NCBI GenBank assembly: GCA_965242695.1
Contig: CBDESU010000001.1
Span: 1,920,001-1,984,000 of the forward strand
DNA: 64,000 bases
Direction of reading: 5' to 3'
Source of the DNA: Cenarchaeum sp.
GTDB lineage: Archaea > Thermoproteota > Nitrososphaeria > Nitrososphaerales > Nitrosopumilaceae
Shown here: positions 1 to 9,964 of the stretch, piece by piece
Layout: each line of letters starts with the position of its first letter
Numbering within the stretch: position 1 is the first letter of the stretch
Program-made: the position numbers and the translations under genes
The notes under the pieces: generated by a model
Seen by the model: the letters and a program-made list of their open reading frames with translations, nothing else
Database searches by the model: none
What the model was told of the DNA's origin: nothing

Positions 1-395
1 CGGCCGCCCCGGAACAGTATGAACGTCGGGATGGCCTGCACCCCGCACCTCTGGGCCACCGCCTGCGCCGCATCGACGTTGACGCGCGCAAACCTGACCT
101 GCCCGTACTTTCTGGCCATCCTCTCGAACACGGGATGCATCGACCTGCACGGCCCGCACCACTCGGCCCAAAAGTCGACCAGGACAAGCCCGCCGCCGGA
201 CACTGCCGCATCGAACGACGATGCGTCCAGGTCGGCCACGGCCCCGCCCGCCGGCGGCGCGGCCCCCTCCGCCGGCGCCCTTTGGGCCTCGATCATCTCG
301 CGCGCCATGCGCGCCTTGATGCGCTCCAGCTCGGCGTCGCTGCCCGCCGCCGCCGGCGCCGCGCCGCCGCCCGCATCGCCGATGTTGCCGCCCAC
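1..395 (-). CDS. trxA: Thioredoxin (3' end runs off the window)
   Basis: My minus-strand translation (not in ORF track): VDFWAEWCGPCRSMHPVFERMARKYGQVRFARVNVD...VQAIPTFILFRGG, with WCGPC active site; GTG at 395 right after the archease stop. Confidence 0.93.
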   Translation of the reverse strand, partial: MGGNIGDAGGGAAPAAAGSDAELERIKARMAREMIEAQRAPAEGAAPPAGGAVADLDASSFDAAVSGGGLVLVDFWAEWCGPCRSMHPVFERMARKYGQVRFARVNVDAAQAVAQRCGVQAIPTFILFRGG

Positions 396-396
396 G

Positions 397-819
397 CTAC
401 AGGTCCAAGAGGAACCTCATTTTAACCCTGTCCGGCGCCACGTCGACGACCATGTCGTGGAACGTCGGCGCCTTTATCTCGACCTTGAAGCCGTGCCGCG
501 CCACGTCGAGCGGCTCGCCGGCGACTGTCCCCTCGATGCGGCCGCGCGGCGGGGGCGATGCGACGCGCGCGGCGACCGACGAGACGGCAAACCCGTCCGT
601 TATGAGCACGAACGTGACCGCCTCCAGCCAGTCGAACAAGAGGTGCCGCCAGTCGTGTCCCTCGGCCGAGACGGTGCGCTCGGAGGACGGGGAGACCGAG
701 CCCGCGTCTAGGGTAATGTCGCGCACGGCCCGCCCCGCGTCCGCAAACGCCTCGTCTGCGCCGCCCGCATCCACCTCTACTATCGCATCGGTGGCATGGT
801 CGAGGAGCCTGTACCCCAC
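397..819 (-). CDS. Archease (RtcB cofactor)
   Basis: YRLLDHATD N-terminal motif and EIKAPTFH...FLLDL C-terminus; GTG at 819 about 25 nt after a TTTATA box. Confidence 0.92.
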   Translation of the reverse strand: MGYRLLDHATDAIVEVDAGGADEAFADAGRAVRDITLDAGSVSPSSERTVSAEGHDWRHLLFDWLEAVTFVLITDGFAVSSVAARVASPPPRGRIEGTVAGEPLDVARHGFKVEIKAPTFHDMVVDVAPDRVKMRFLLDL

Positions 820-923
820 GGTGCTGGCCCCCGCCTGCGGTATAAAGGCGGTACGCCGAAGAGTCGGCGGGGGCGATCGCGCACCGCCGCGAGGAATTCG
901 GGCCCGGGCCGGCCGCGGGCCCG

Positions 924-1367
924 CTAGAGGCCGCCGAGGAACTCGGCGATCTCGGCGAGCTTGCGCTCGCGCCACAGCGCATGCGACTTGTACAGGCGCG
1001 GGTCGTACGAGTCATTCTCGCGCAGGCACCCCATCCGCACCAGGTCGGCGCGCGCCTCCCGCTCGCCGTCGCCGGCCTCGCACCCGCCCCCGCCGTCGTC
1101 CCCCTCTAGGAACACGAACGCCTGCAGGCGCCTGAACTCGTCGGGGCTCTTTTTGGCGGCGGCGTACGCCAGGTGCAGTGCGCGCAGGTGCGCCCGCCGG
1201 CCCGCGGGCACATCCGCGCCGGAGAGCCACTCGGCCCTGAGCCGCTCAAAGTACACGACGCCGTCGGGCGTGATCTCGATGTCGAACAGGCGCGGATAGT
1301 CCTCGGCATCGACGGGGTGGTACGGGTTCCCGCCCATGCAGTCGATGAACTCGATGCAGGCGCTCAT
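924..1367 (-). CDS. Hypothetical protein, 147 aa
   Basis: ATG-initiated ORF with globular composition, unlike the R/P/A-rich shadow frames; AT-rich box at about 1408-1414. Confidence 0.6.
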   Translation of the reverse strand: MSACIEFIDCMGGNPYHPVDAEDYPRLFDIEITPDGVVYFERLRAEWLSGADVPAGRRAHLRALHLAYAAAKKSPDEFRRLQAFVFLEGDDGGGGCEAGDGEREARADLVRMGCLRENDSYDPRLYKSHALWRERKLAEIAEFLGGL

Positions 1368-1478
1368 GCCGCATCCTGCGGGGCGGATGCAAGAGGGGGC
1401 AGGTCAACATTTATTGGCAAGGCGCGTGCGTTGAGCTGACCTGCCAAGGCCGAAAGGAGTCGTCTAGGGGCTAGCAGG

Positions 1479-2972
1479 CTATGTAAGCAACAGAAAGAGG
1501 GCCACCGGAACCTTCAAGCACTCCCGCACAGTGGAAAGTGTGCTTTTGGTGAGAATGAGCCCGTTTTTTGCCCCCGTCGCCTTCTTGAACGCGATGATCC
1601 CGTCAAGATCGCGCGCGTTCAGGTTGCGCCCAAACTTGACCTCGATTGGGACCTCCACACTCCCGTCATTGTAGACAAAATCAACCTCCTTGTCAGGGCC
1701 GTACCTCCAGTACGTAAGGTAGTTCGTATAGAGGAACCACGGCTTTTTCGGGCTGCGGCGGAACGCCATCCTGATCAGGTGGTTGCTGACAATGCCCTCC
1801 ACTATGTGGCCCATGTTCTGGGCGTCACCTAAGAATTTCTTACTTGTGTAGTATGCTTCGGTGCTGACAGCCCACCCGTGCAGGGTGTGGAAGTAGAAGG
1901 GATCGGCAAAGTGTATCTTTTTATCTTTACCAGGCATCGTCGATTTCGTTTTTGTGTTGTACTGGTAGATGACCGACAACATGAACATGTCTTCGAGTAC
2001 GGACACATATGACAGGGCATATGTCGCGTTCGGGAGGCCGACCTTTTTGGCCAAAGATGTCCAAGATACGGGCCAGCCGAGTGCATCCATTAAAGCAGTG
2101 ACGATCCCCTTTACGATCTCTTGTTTGCGCTCGAATGATGCCATGTCGTCAAGCATCAGATTTAGATACATCGCATACAAATCCTCAGGAATTGCGCGTT
2201 GGTTGTCGAGTTGATCTATTATCCAGGGGATGCCGCCGCTTGTCGCATAGTCGTCAAGATGCAAGTTCAGTGTGTTAATATCCTTCGACAAATCCCGAAG
2301 AGCCGGCAATATCCTGCCTGAGAATAAGGAGTCAAGGTGTTTGTCGCGGTCGCTCCCACCATTCAGTGCGGATCGGATTTTTTGCGCCAGTGGCTCGTCC
2401 ACCAGCATTACGTACTCTAGAAAACTGAGAGGATACATGACCTTGTCCATGGCCTCGTTGAGCCTACCGCGGCGCCCTGGAAGTCGTTCTGCTGAGCGTG
2501 TGATATCTATAGTATGCGATCCCGTTGCTATGACAGTGCAGTTTTCGAGTAATCCCATGTCCCACAAGCGCTTGATGGCCATTTGCCATTTTCGGACGCT
2601 CGATACCTCGTCAAGAAATATAAACGTCCGCTCCGATTTCTCCCGGTCACGGTGTCTTAGGTATTCGCGAACGACGTCATAGAGGCCGCGCGCCTCACCC
2701 GCAACGTCACAAGAGTAGAACAGTATGTTTTGCGGCCTGATGCCCTTGCCCAGCAGCCTCCGTATGAGCAGCTTTACCGCGGTGGTCTTACCAATCTGCC
2801 TTGCACCCCTCAGAGTGTACACGGCGTCCTTGTCGAGGGTGAAGTCGTCGATAACGGATGGCATCCAGCGGATCCGGGATTTCTCCCATGCTACAATATA
2901 CCTATCGGTTTCGATCGTACCTGAATCTTTCCACCACGGGTTCTCGTCGTAGAGATCTGACAGCCAGTTCAA
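1479..2972 (-). CDS. AAA+ ATPase (AAA_14 plus DUF4143-like PD-(D/E)xK C-terminus)
   Basis: ENPWW N-terminus, Walker A GARQIGKT, Walker B IFLDE, ATGS, GRRG, GG-P, KKIHFADP, C-terminal EVDF...PIEVK; lower GC than flanks. Confidence 0.9.
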   Translation of the reverse strand: MNWLSDLYDENPWWKDSGTIETDRYIVAWEKSRIRWMPSVIDDFTLDKDAVYTLRGARQIGKTTAVKLLIRRLLGKGIRPQNILFYSCDVAGEARGLYDVVREYLRHRDREKSERTFIFLDEVSSVRKWQMAIKRLWDMGLLENCTVIATGSHTIDITRSAERLPGRRGRLNEAMDKVMYPLSFLEYVMLVDEPLAQKIRSALNGGSDRDKHLDSLFSGRILPALRDLSKDINTLNLHLDDYATSGGIPWIIDQLDNQRAIPEDLYAMYLNLMLDDMASFERKQEIVKGIVTALMDALGWPVSWTSLAKKVGLPNATYALSYVSVLEDMFMLSVIYQYNTKTKSTMPGKDKKIHFADPFYFHTLHGWAVSTEAYYTSKKFLGDAQNMGHIVEGIVSNHLIRMAFRRSPKKPWFLYTNYLTYWRYGPDKEVDFVYNDGSVEVPIEVKFGRNLNARDLDGIIAFKKATGAKNGLILTKSTLSTVRECLKVPVALFLLLT

Positions 2973-3025
2973 CGAGCGCCCGGACGTTGCCTCATATTTA
3001 TACCTATATTTGTAAGCATGTACAG

Positions 3026-3277
3026 AGTATGAGGGCAGAAGCGTTGATGAAGGCTTAAGTAGTATGAGGGCAGAAGCGTTGATGAAGGCTTAAGTAGTAT
3101 GAGGGCAGAAGCGTTGATGAAGGCTTAAGTAGTATGAGGGCAGAAGCGTTGATGAAGGCTTAAGTAGTATGAGGGCAGAAGCGTTGATGAAGGCTTAAGT
3201 AGTATGAGGGCAGAAGCGTTGATGAAGGCTTAAGTAGTATGAGGGCAGAAGCGTTGATGAAGGCTTAAGTAGTATGA
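3026..3277. repeat. Perfect tandem repeat, 35 bp x7 plus 7 bp (AGTATGAGGGCAGAAGCGTTGATGAAGGCTTAAGT)
   Basis: Copies start at 3026, 3061, 3096, 3131, 3166, 3201 and 3236; no spacers. Confidence 0.98.
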
Positions 3278-3557
3278 CGGTCGTAGGCGTGGGCAGGCCG
3301 GTGGCGGCTCGATGACCAACCATAATGCACGGACGGCATTTCAAAGCAGCTACAGGTGCAGGGCCTAGGATGCGCAAATGTGGCGCGGTGCACCCCGGCG
3401 AAGTGGTGGCAACAAGCGGCGCGCTGCCCGACCGGCTCTAGAGCGGCCGTCGCGGATCGTCGCGCCCGTTGCGGGCCGACGAGAGTAGAGTGGCAGCAGC
3501 AGTGACCCTGCCCGCTCGTCAAGCCTTAAATCGGCGCCGCCCGCCGCGCCGGCCCGT

Positions 3558-4940
3558 ATGGAGCTGCCCCGCGGGATGAGGGACGTGTACGGCGAGGAGA
3601 TCGACGGCATAGAGGAGGTCAGGGCCAGGTTCTACGACACGGCGGCGCTGTTCGGGTTTGGGCGGATCGACCCGTCGCCGATCGAGTCGCTCGAGACGCT
3701 CGAGGCAAAGTCCGGCGCGGCCATACTCGACGAGGTGTACCACTTCGAGGACAAGGGCAAGAGGAAGGTCGCCCTGCGGTTCGACTTTACGGTCGGGCTT
3801 GCGAGGCACGTGGCGTCGAGCAGGTCCATGCCCATGCCGGCGAGGCTCGCATCGTTTGGCGGCGTGTTCAGGTACGACGAGCCGCAGAGGGGAAGGTACC
3901 GCTACTTTCACCAGTGGAACGCCGAGATATTCGGCAGGCCCACCGTAGAGGCCGAGGCCGAGATAGTAGAGTTCACCTCGAGGCTCCTCGCATCGCTCGG
4001 CCTCGGCGGCGCGCGAATAAGGCTCGGCCACCGCGGCGTCTCCGAGTCGTTCGTGCGCTCGTCGCTGCAGGATGAAGGCTCCTCGCCGGGCGCCGGCTCT
4101 GGTGGCGGGATCGTCGCCGACGCGCTGCGCCTCGTCGACAAGTCCTCAAAGAGGCCGCGCGAGCAGCTGCTCGGCGAGTACGCCCACCTGCCGCGCGGCT
4201 TTGCCGAGGGGCTGCTCGACTTTGCGGCCGCAAGGGGGACACTGGGCGAGGTCGAGGCGGCAGTCGGCGGCATTGCCGGGGGCCGCGCCGCCTCGTCGCT
4301 CGAGGGGTGGGACGGCCTTGCGGCGCTGTGGGACGCCCTCGGGGCCAGGTCGGTGCCCAACGTCGAGGTGGCCCTCGGCATAGTCAGGGGCCTGGACTAC
4401 TATTCTGGATCGGTCTTCGAGGCGTTCCCCGAGGACGGAGGCGATCTGGCCGGCGGCGCCCTTGCAGGCGGCGGCAGGTACGACGCCCTGATGGGCGCGT
4501 TCGGCCGCCCCGAGATCGGCGCGGCCGGCGTCGCCGGCGGCGTCGAGAGGACGCTGCTTGCGATGTCCGAGGCGCGCGGCGGGAAGAAGGCCGAGGAAAA
4601 GCCCGGCCGCGGAACCGTCCGCGTCGTGTACGCGGGAGGCGGCGGGGACGAGGCGCCGCAGCGCGAGGCGATGCGCATAGCGTCGGCCCTGCGCGGCGCC
4701 GGCATTCCCGCGTGGGCGGACCTTGCCGGGAGGCCTCTCAAGAAGCAGCTCGGAGCGGCGGCCGCATCCGGCGCGGAGCTTGCCGTCGTAGTCGGGCCGT
4801 CCGAGCTTGCAAGGAGGGTCGTCGCAGTCAGGCGCATGAGCGACCGCGCCGAGTCGGATGCGAGCCTGGACGACCTGCTCGCCGACCCGCGGCGGGCCCT
4901 CGGCCCCGCGCTCGAGTCCGACGGCAAGGGCCAATCCTAG
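3558..4940 (+). CDS. hisS: Histidyl-tRNA synthetase
   Basis: PRGMRD, ALRFDFT, FRYDEPQRGRYRYFHQ, VRGLDYYSG, GGGRYD. Confidence 0.97.
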   Translation: MELPRGMRDVYGEEIDGIEEVRARFYDTAALFGFGRIDPSPIESLETLEAKSGAAILDEVYHFEDKGKRKVALRFDFTVGLARHVASSRSMPMPARLASFGGVFRYDEPQRGRYRYFHQWNAEIFGRPTVEAEAEIVEFTSRLLASLGLGGARIRLGHRGVSESFVRSSLQDEGSSPGAGSGGGIVADALRLVDKSSKRPREQLLGEYAHLPRGFAEGLLDFAAARGTLGEVEAAVGGIAGGRAASSLEGWDGLAALWDALGARSVPNVEVALGIVRGLDYYSGSVFEAFPEDGGDLAGGALAGGGRYDALMGAFGRPEIGAAGVAGGVERTLLAMSEARGGKKAEEKPGRGTVRVVYAGGGGDEAPQREAMRIASALRGAGIPAWADLAGRPLKKQLGAAAASGAELAVVVGPSELARRVVAVRRMSDRAESDASLDDLLADPRRALGPALESDGKGQS

Positions 4941-5602
4941 CCCGAGAACGCCTGCGTGAGCATTACGATCTCGGGGCCCGTGGTCATCGAGCCGGCCACG
5001 ACGGCCCTGTTGTTGGCAAGCAGCCCGGATGCGACGAACGGCACGCCGCCGTTTACGGTCGCGTGAACCAGCCTTACTCCGAGCACTGACGAGGCGGCGG
5101 CCACCTCGTCGTCGGCCGCCTCGGGGTGGACCACGCCGCCGCGCGAGGTGGCCACGAGCATCGCGCCGACCTGGTTGTATCCGGCCATGCGCGACTGGAC
5201 GACCTCGACGTCGAGCGCATCGGCCGCGCTGCGCGCATCCTCGGCCGAGATGACAGGCGATACGACGGCGCCGCGGTCGTTGGCGGCGATCATGTTGCCG
5301 AGCGCCGTGTACTTTGTGCCAAGTATGGCCACGCAAAGCCCCGAGTGCCTTTCGTAGTGGGCCACCTCCAGGTCGGACGCCGTGTGCGGCAGGAGCAGGC
5401 CGTGGTTGTTGGCCACCATCAGGGGCCCGAGCAGCCGCGTGTTGGCCGCCGATGAGGCGAGCGGCTCTGCGCCGAGGCACTCTCCGAGCCGCTCCGCCTT
5501 TGGCTCGGCGTACCCGCGCGGGACGAAGACCCTCCCGTCGGTGGCCCTGCCGTATATGCCGATGTTCGGGCCGCGGTACATGTTGAGCTTGAAAATGTCC
5601 AC
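4937..5602 (-). CDS. eif6: Translation initiation factor 6
   Basis: NIGIY, ALGNMIAAND, TVNGGVPFVASGLLANN, TTGPE. Confidence 0.96.
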   Translation of the reverse strand: MDIFKLNMYRGPNIGIYGRATDGRVFVPRGYAEPKAERLGECLGAEPLASSAANTRLLGPLMVANNHGLLLPHTASDLEVAHYERHSGLCVAILGTKYTALGNMIAANDRGAVVSPVISAEDARSAADALDVEVVQSRMAGYNQVGAMLVATSRGGVVHPEAADDEVAAASSVLGVRLVHATVNGGVPFVASGLLANNRAVVAGSMTTGPEIVMLTQAFSG

Positions 5603-5937
5603 GCGCGCAGCGCGCGGGGCGCGCCGTTATGAACGTACGGTGGGCGCCGCGGCAGGCCGGCAGGCAGGGCGCGGCGCAGATTGCGCCAGCGGCCGGCCAG
5701 GCCCCCGGCGGGGCGGCAGGGAGGGAGGGGGGGGGCAGGCGCGGGGTTCGGGCCGCGGCCGGGGCCCAGAGGGGAAGGCGGCGGGGCGCCCGGCGCACTG
5801 CACAGGGACGGGCCGCCCGGCATCGGCGCGCCGCACCCGGACCTGCCGGCGGCGCGCATCCCATGGAGGTCCTTCCGGCGGCGCGCATGCGCGCGCCCAA
5901 ACCGAGCTTTATATCTAGACGGGCAGGCGGCGCGCGC

Positions 5938-7200
5938 GTGAACGTCGGCTTTGTCGGCCTCGGCAAGCTAGGCCTGCCGTCCGCGCTGGCCATCGAGTCC
6001 AAGGGCCACACCGTGGTCGGGTACGACATAAACCCGGCCGTAAAGGGGTACGTCGAGTCCAAGAGCATACCATACCTGGAAGAGGGCGTGCCCGAACTCT
6101 TGCAGAACACGAGGCTAGAGGTCCTGCCGCTCGCCGACGTGCTGCGCCGCTCCGAGATCGTCTTCGTCCCCGTGCAGACGCCCCACGACCCGCTCTACGA
6201 GGGGACGACGAGGCTGCCCGACACCACGGCCGACTTTGACTACACGTACCTAAAGTCGGCCTGCACGAGCATATCGGACGAGCTCGACAGGCTCGGCGAG
6301 GACCGCATCGTCGTCATCATATCGACGGTCCTGCCCGGGACGATCGAGCGCGAGATAAAGCCGCTCCTCTCGAGGCATGCAAAGCTGTGCTACAACCCGT
6401 TCTTCATCGCCATGGGGACGACGGTGCGCGACTTCCTCAACCCCGAGATCGTCCTGTTCGGCGTCGACGACCCCGAGGCCGTCGCAAAGGCAAAGGAGTT
6501 CTACTCTACGATAGCCGACGTGCCGTTCCACGAGATGAGCATCGTCAACGCCGAGCTCGTAAAGGTAAACTACAACACGTTCATTACGATGAAGATAAAC
6601 TTCGCCAACAACCTCATGGAGGTGTGCCAAAAGATGCGCGAGCAGGGCGCCGACGCCGACGTCGATACCGTAATCGACGCCCTTTCCGACTGCAACCGCC
6701 GCATCATCAGCCCGTCGTACATGAGGGGAGGGATGCCCGACGGCGGCGGGTGCCACCCGCGCGACAACATAGCCCTCGCGGACTTTGCAAAGCGCCACTC
6801 GCTCTCCAACGACATCTACACCGAGGGGATGATGGTCCGCGAGCAGCACACGAGGTGGTTCGCAGACACGATAGATGCGCACAGGAAGGGCGGCGATCTG
6901 CCCGTCGTCGTGCTGGGCAAGTCGTACAAGCCCGAGACGAACCTCACAGTCGGCAGCCCGTCGGTGAGGCTGCACAACGAGCTAAAGGAAAGGGGCGTCG
7001 AGGCGCTCTTGTGGGATCCCCACGTCGACGGCGAGGGTGGGGCCGGCGAGGCCCTGGCCGCGCCGGCCGTGTTCTTTGTCGGCACGCGGCACGAGCGCTT
7101 TGCATCGCTAGAGTACCCCGCCGGCAGCATCGTGATCGACCCGTTCGGGTACGTCAAGGGGCGCGACGGCGTGAGGATCGTAGCCCTCGGCAGGCGGTGA
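5938..7200 (+). CDS. UDP-glucose/GDP-mannose dehydrogenase family protein
   Basis: VGLGKLG Rossmann motif, VQTP, STVLPGT, YNPFF, GGGCHPRD, YKPET; GTG start after TTTATAT box. Confidence 0.9.
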   Translation: MNVGFVGLGKLGLPSALAIESKGHTVVGYDINPAVKGYVESKSIPYLEEGVPELLQNTRLEVLPLADVLRRSEIVFVPVQTPHDPLYEGTTRLPDTTADFDYTYLKSACTSISDELDRLGEDRIVVIISTVLPGTIEREIKPLLSRHAKLCYNPFFIAMGTTVRDFLNPEIVLFGVDDPEAVAKAKEFYSTIADVPFHEMSIVNAELVKVNYNTFITMKINFANNLMEVCQKMREQGADADVDTVIDALSDCNRRIISPSYMRGGMPDGGGCHPRDNIALADFAKRHSLSNDIYTEGMMVREQHTRWFADTIDAHRKGGDLPVVVLGKSYKPETNLTVGSPSVRLHNELKERGVEALLWDPHVDGEGGAGEALAAPAVFFVGTRHERFASLEYPAGSIVIDPFGYVKGRDGVRIVALGRR

Positions 7201-7219
7201 GCCGCCGCCCGGCGGCGCG

Positions 7220-8104
7220 GTGGGCAACATGACAGAGTCCGCGGGGATCGGGCTCGGCCTGGACTACGAGAGGGTGGCCGCCGAGGCGTGCAGGTTCATC
7301 CGCGGGCAGGTGGAGGCGGCGGGCGCTGGCGGCGTCGTGCTCGGACTGAGCGGCGGAATCGACTCGTCCGTGGTCGCCCACCTGTCCGCAAGGGCCCTCG
7401 GGCCCGACAGGTGCATGGCCCTGATAATGCCCAACGAGGCGTTCACGCCCGGCTCGGAGACGGACGACGGCCTGCTGGTGGCCACGAGGCTGGGCCTGAG
7501 GCACAAGGTCGTCCCGATCGGCGCCGCCTCGGACGCCGTGGCCGGCGCGTCGGATGCCGCGGAGGCAAGGGGAGTACCCCCGGCAGGGGGCGGGGCGGGC
7601 ATGGGCGGGGACGCCAGGCGCCTTGCCGTCGGCAACCTCAACGCCAGGCTGCGCGCGGCCCTGCTCTACTACGAGGCGCAGTCGCTCGGCTACCTAGTGG
7701 TCGGCACCGACGACCGCAGCGAGTACCTCATCGGCTACTTTACAAAGTACGGCGACGGGGCGAGCGACCTGCTGCCCATAGCCGACCTGTACAAGACGCA
7801 GGTGCAGCGGCTCGGCGAGCACCTGGGCGTGCCCCGCCGCATAGTCGAAAAGCCGCCGAGCCCGCACCTGTGGAAGGGCCACGATGCGGCGGCCGAGCTC
7901 GGCATGGGGTACGATGCGGTCGATGCCGTCCTGTCCGGCAGCACGTCCGGCGGCGGCACCGAAGTGGACGAGGGGGCCGCGGCCGCGGCGGCCGCGGCGG
8001 CCGGCATGCCCGAGGGCCACGCGCGCCGCATCGCCTCGCTCAACCGCGCGAGCGCCCACAAGAGGGCGCTGCCGCCGATTGCCAGGCTGCGAGGGCTGCG
8101 CTGA
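7220..8104 (+). CDS. nadE: NH3-dependent NAD+ synthetase
   Basis: GLSGGIDS, NLNARLR, GYFTKYGDG, DLYKTQV, KPPS. Confidence 0.96.
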   Translation: MGNMTESAGIGLGLDYERVAAEACRFIRGQVEAAGAGGVVLGLSGGIDSSVVAHLSARALGPDRCMALIMPNEAFTPGSETDDGLLVATRLGLRHKVVPIGAASDAVAGASDAAEARGVPPAGGGAGMGGDARRLAVGNLNARLRAALLYYEAQSLGYLVVGTDDRSEYLIGYFTKYGDGASDLLPIADLYKTQVQRLGEHLGVPRRIVEKPPSPHLWKGHDAAAELGMGYDAVDAVLSGSTSGGGTEVDEGAAAAAAAAAGMPEGHARRIASLNRASAHKRALPPIARLRGLR

Positions 8105-8272
8105 GCGGGCAGGGGCGGGCGGGAGGGGTGCGGGCCGTAAATTTGCGCCGCCAAGCAGGCACATTGATATAACGCGTATGCGGCAGAGGCGCCGTGAACG
8201 CAGGGCAGGAGGCGGCCCGCGGCGGCCGCCCCGGAGGGCAGGGCAAGGCTGCGAATCACACTCGACCCAGAC

Positions 8273-8694
8273 ATGGTCGAGAGGGTCGAGCGCGTCGTGT
8301 CGGCAAACCACCCGTACGACAGCAAGGAGTGCCTGCTCAGGGTTCTGCCCAGTCGCGTGAGCGCTGCGGATCTTGATCGCGTTCTAGGCCATCTGGCGCG
8401 TTCGGGAAAGATTGCCCTGGGTGGGGGAATCATACGCTGGACGTCCAAGCCGGCCCAGGGTAGAGCGGGGAGTGTGCGAACAGGTCGATCCTCGCAGGTA
8501 CCAGGTTTGAGACTATCGGGGAGGGCAAGAGTCAGGCGGAGACGATTGGCGAGTACATCGTACGGATGGCCAACGCCGACGAGCCAGGGGCATACACTGC
8601 CGAAGACGCAAGGGAGATCGACGAGGATATGCGCCGCTTGGCAAGGGGAGAGTACTATACGCACGAACAGGTGTGGAAAGAGTTTGGCCTGTGA
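8273..8694 (+). pseudogene. Frameshifted antitoxin-like gene (wHTH-like N-half, RelB/YefM-like tail)
   Basis: First frame reads ...DLDRVLGHLARSGKIALGGGIIRW; after a shift near 8460 another frame reads ...DAREIDEDMRRLARGEYYTHEQVWKEFGL* (TGA 8692-8694). Confidence 0.6.
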
Positions 8695-8940
8695 AATGCA
8701 ATGCGCTGTACACGAATCAGGCCCGCAGGGTTGTAAGGCGCGCCGGCGACGAAATGTGCAGTCGCCTCAAAAGGCGCGCGGATGGGCCTTGCGAAGGGCG
8801 TTGCCCGAGAGGCCGGTCGGCTAACAGCGAGGATCATCGTGACAGGTTGGAACGCACAGGATCATATGCGGCACAGACAAGTCCAAGATCCGCATCACCG
8901 TACAGCGGGCAGTGTCGCGCGGCAAGGCCTACAGACGCCG
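8691..8940 (+). pseudogene. Degenerate RelE/ParE-family toxin
   Basis: GTGA overlap with the upstream stop; N-part MKCNALYTNQARRVVRR; in another frame after a stop, QVGTHRIICGTDKSKIRITVQRAVSRGKAYR, matching the RelE C-terminal pattern (R-VGDYRII...V..R...Y). Confidence 0.6.
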
Positions 8941-9331
8941 CGATGCCCGCCAGCGGCGCAGCCATGGCGCAAGCGCATGATCGGCCATGGCGACGGGCAC
9001 CGCCGCATCCATGCAGCGCCTTGCCGGGGCGCAGGGACGGGCGCGTTTGCAGGGGGCACGCGGGGGCCGCGCGTGACTTCGGGCGATCAAAGTCAACCTG
9101 CGTTCGCCCCGGGCAAGCGAAGATGTCCAGGGCCACCGCTGTGCGTCACTGCCCCATCGGCAGAGGCCCCGCAGGCGCGCAAGCGTGCGGCGGACCAGAG
9201 TGGGGGGAGCATGCGGCGGCACGATGTGCAGAAGGTGACGGCGCGGGGCGGGGCAGGCAGGGCCGCGCGGGCGGGGCAGGGGCGCCGGAACCGCGCCCAA
9301 AGGTTAATTCGTGCGGCGCGCGCGCGCCGGC

Positions 9332-9964
9332 GTGGACGAGATCGAGAGGGTGTTCGACGAGTGGTCGGCTAACGGCAGGTCGGGCCTCATGGAGTCCGAG
9401 CACTCGCCCAACGTGGCAAGGTTCCTGCGCACCGTCCAGTTCCGCAGGCCGTTCAGGTTCCTCGACATCGGGTGCGGCAACGGCTGGGTCGTCCGCCTCG
9501 TCTCCCAGATCGCGGGGTGCACAAAGGCCGTCGGCATCGACAAGAGCAGCGGAATGATCAGGGAGGCGCGGGCCGCGTCGGCCTCTAGAAAGGAGTCGTT
9601 CTCGCGCGCCGACATCGAGCGGTGGTCGTACTATGGCCGCAGGTTCGACTATGCGTTCGCCATGGAGTCGCTGTACTATGCAGAGTCCGTGAGCGCCGCC
9701 GTGTCCCGCACGCACGGCCTGCTCGCGGACGGGGGGCAGTTCTTTTGCGGGACCGACTTTTACGCCGAGAATACGGCCACGACGGGGTGGCCGAGGGACG
9801 TGGGCGTGCGCATGCACCTGCTCTCGAGGCGGCAGTGGCGCGACGTGTTCTCCGAGGCCGGCTTTGCCGTCAGGACGACGCTGGTAAGGGACCCGTCGAG
9901 CCGGAAAAAGTGGAAGCGCGAGATGGGCACGCTGTTCATTGTAGGCACCAAAGAGGCGCCCTAG
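9332..9964 (+). CDS. Class I SAM-dependent methyltransferase
   Basis: FLDIGCGNG, GIDKS, FAMESLYY, GTL. Confidence 0.9.
   Translation: MDEIERVFDEWSANGRSGLMESEHSPNVARFLRTVQFRRPFRFLDIGCGNGWVVRLVSQIAGCTKAVGIDKSSGMIREARAASASRKESFSRADIERWSYYGRRFDYAFAMESLYYAESVSAAVSRTHGLLADGGQFFCGTDFYAENTATTGWPRDVGVRMHLLSRRQWRDVFSEAGFAVRTTLVRDPSSRKKWKREMGTLFIVGTKEAP

Noticed and set aside
3026-3277. 35-bp repeats as a CRISPR array
   Set aside because: Units are head-to-tail with no spacers, and there are no cas genes in the window
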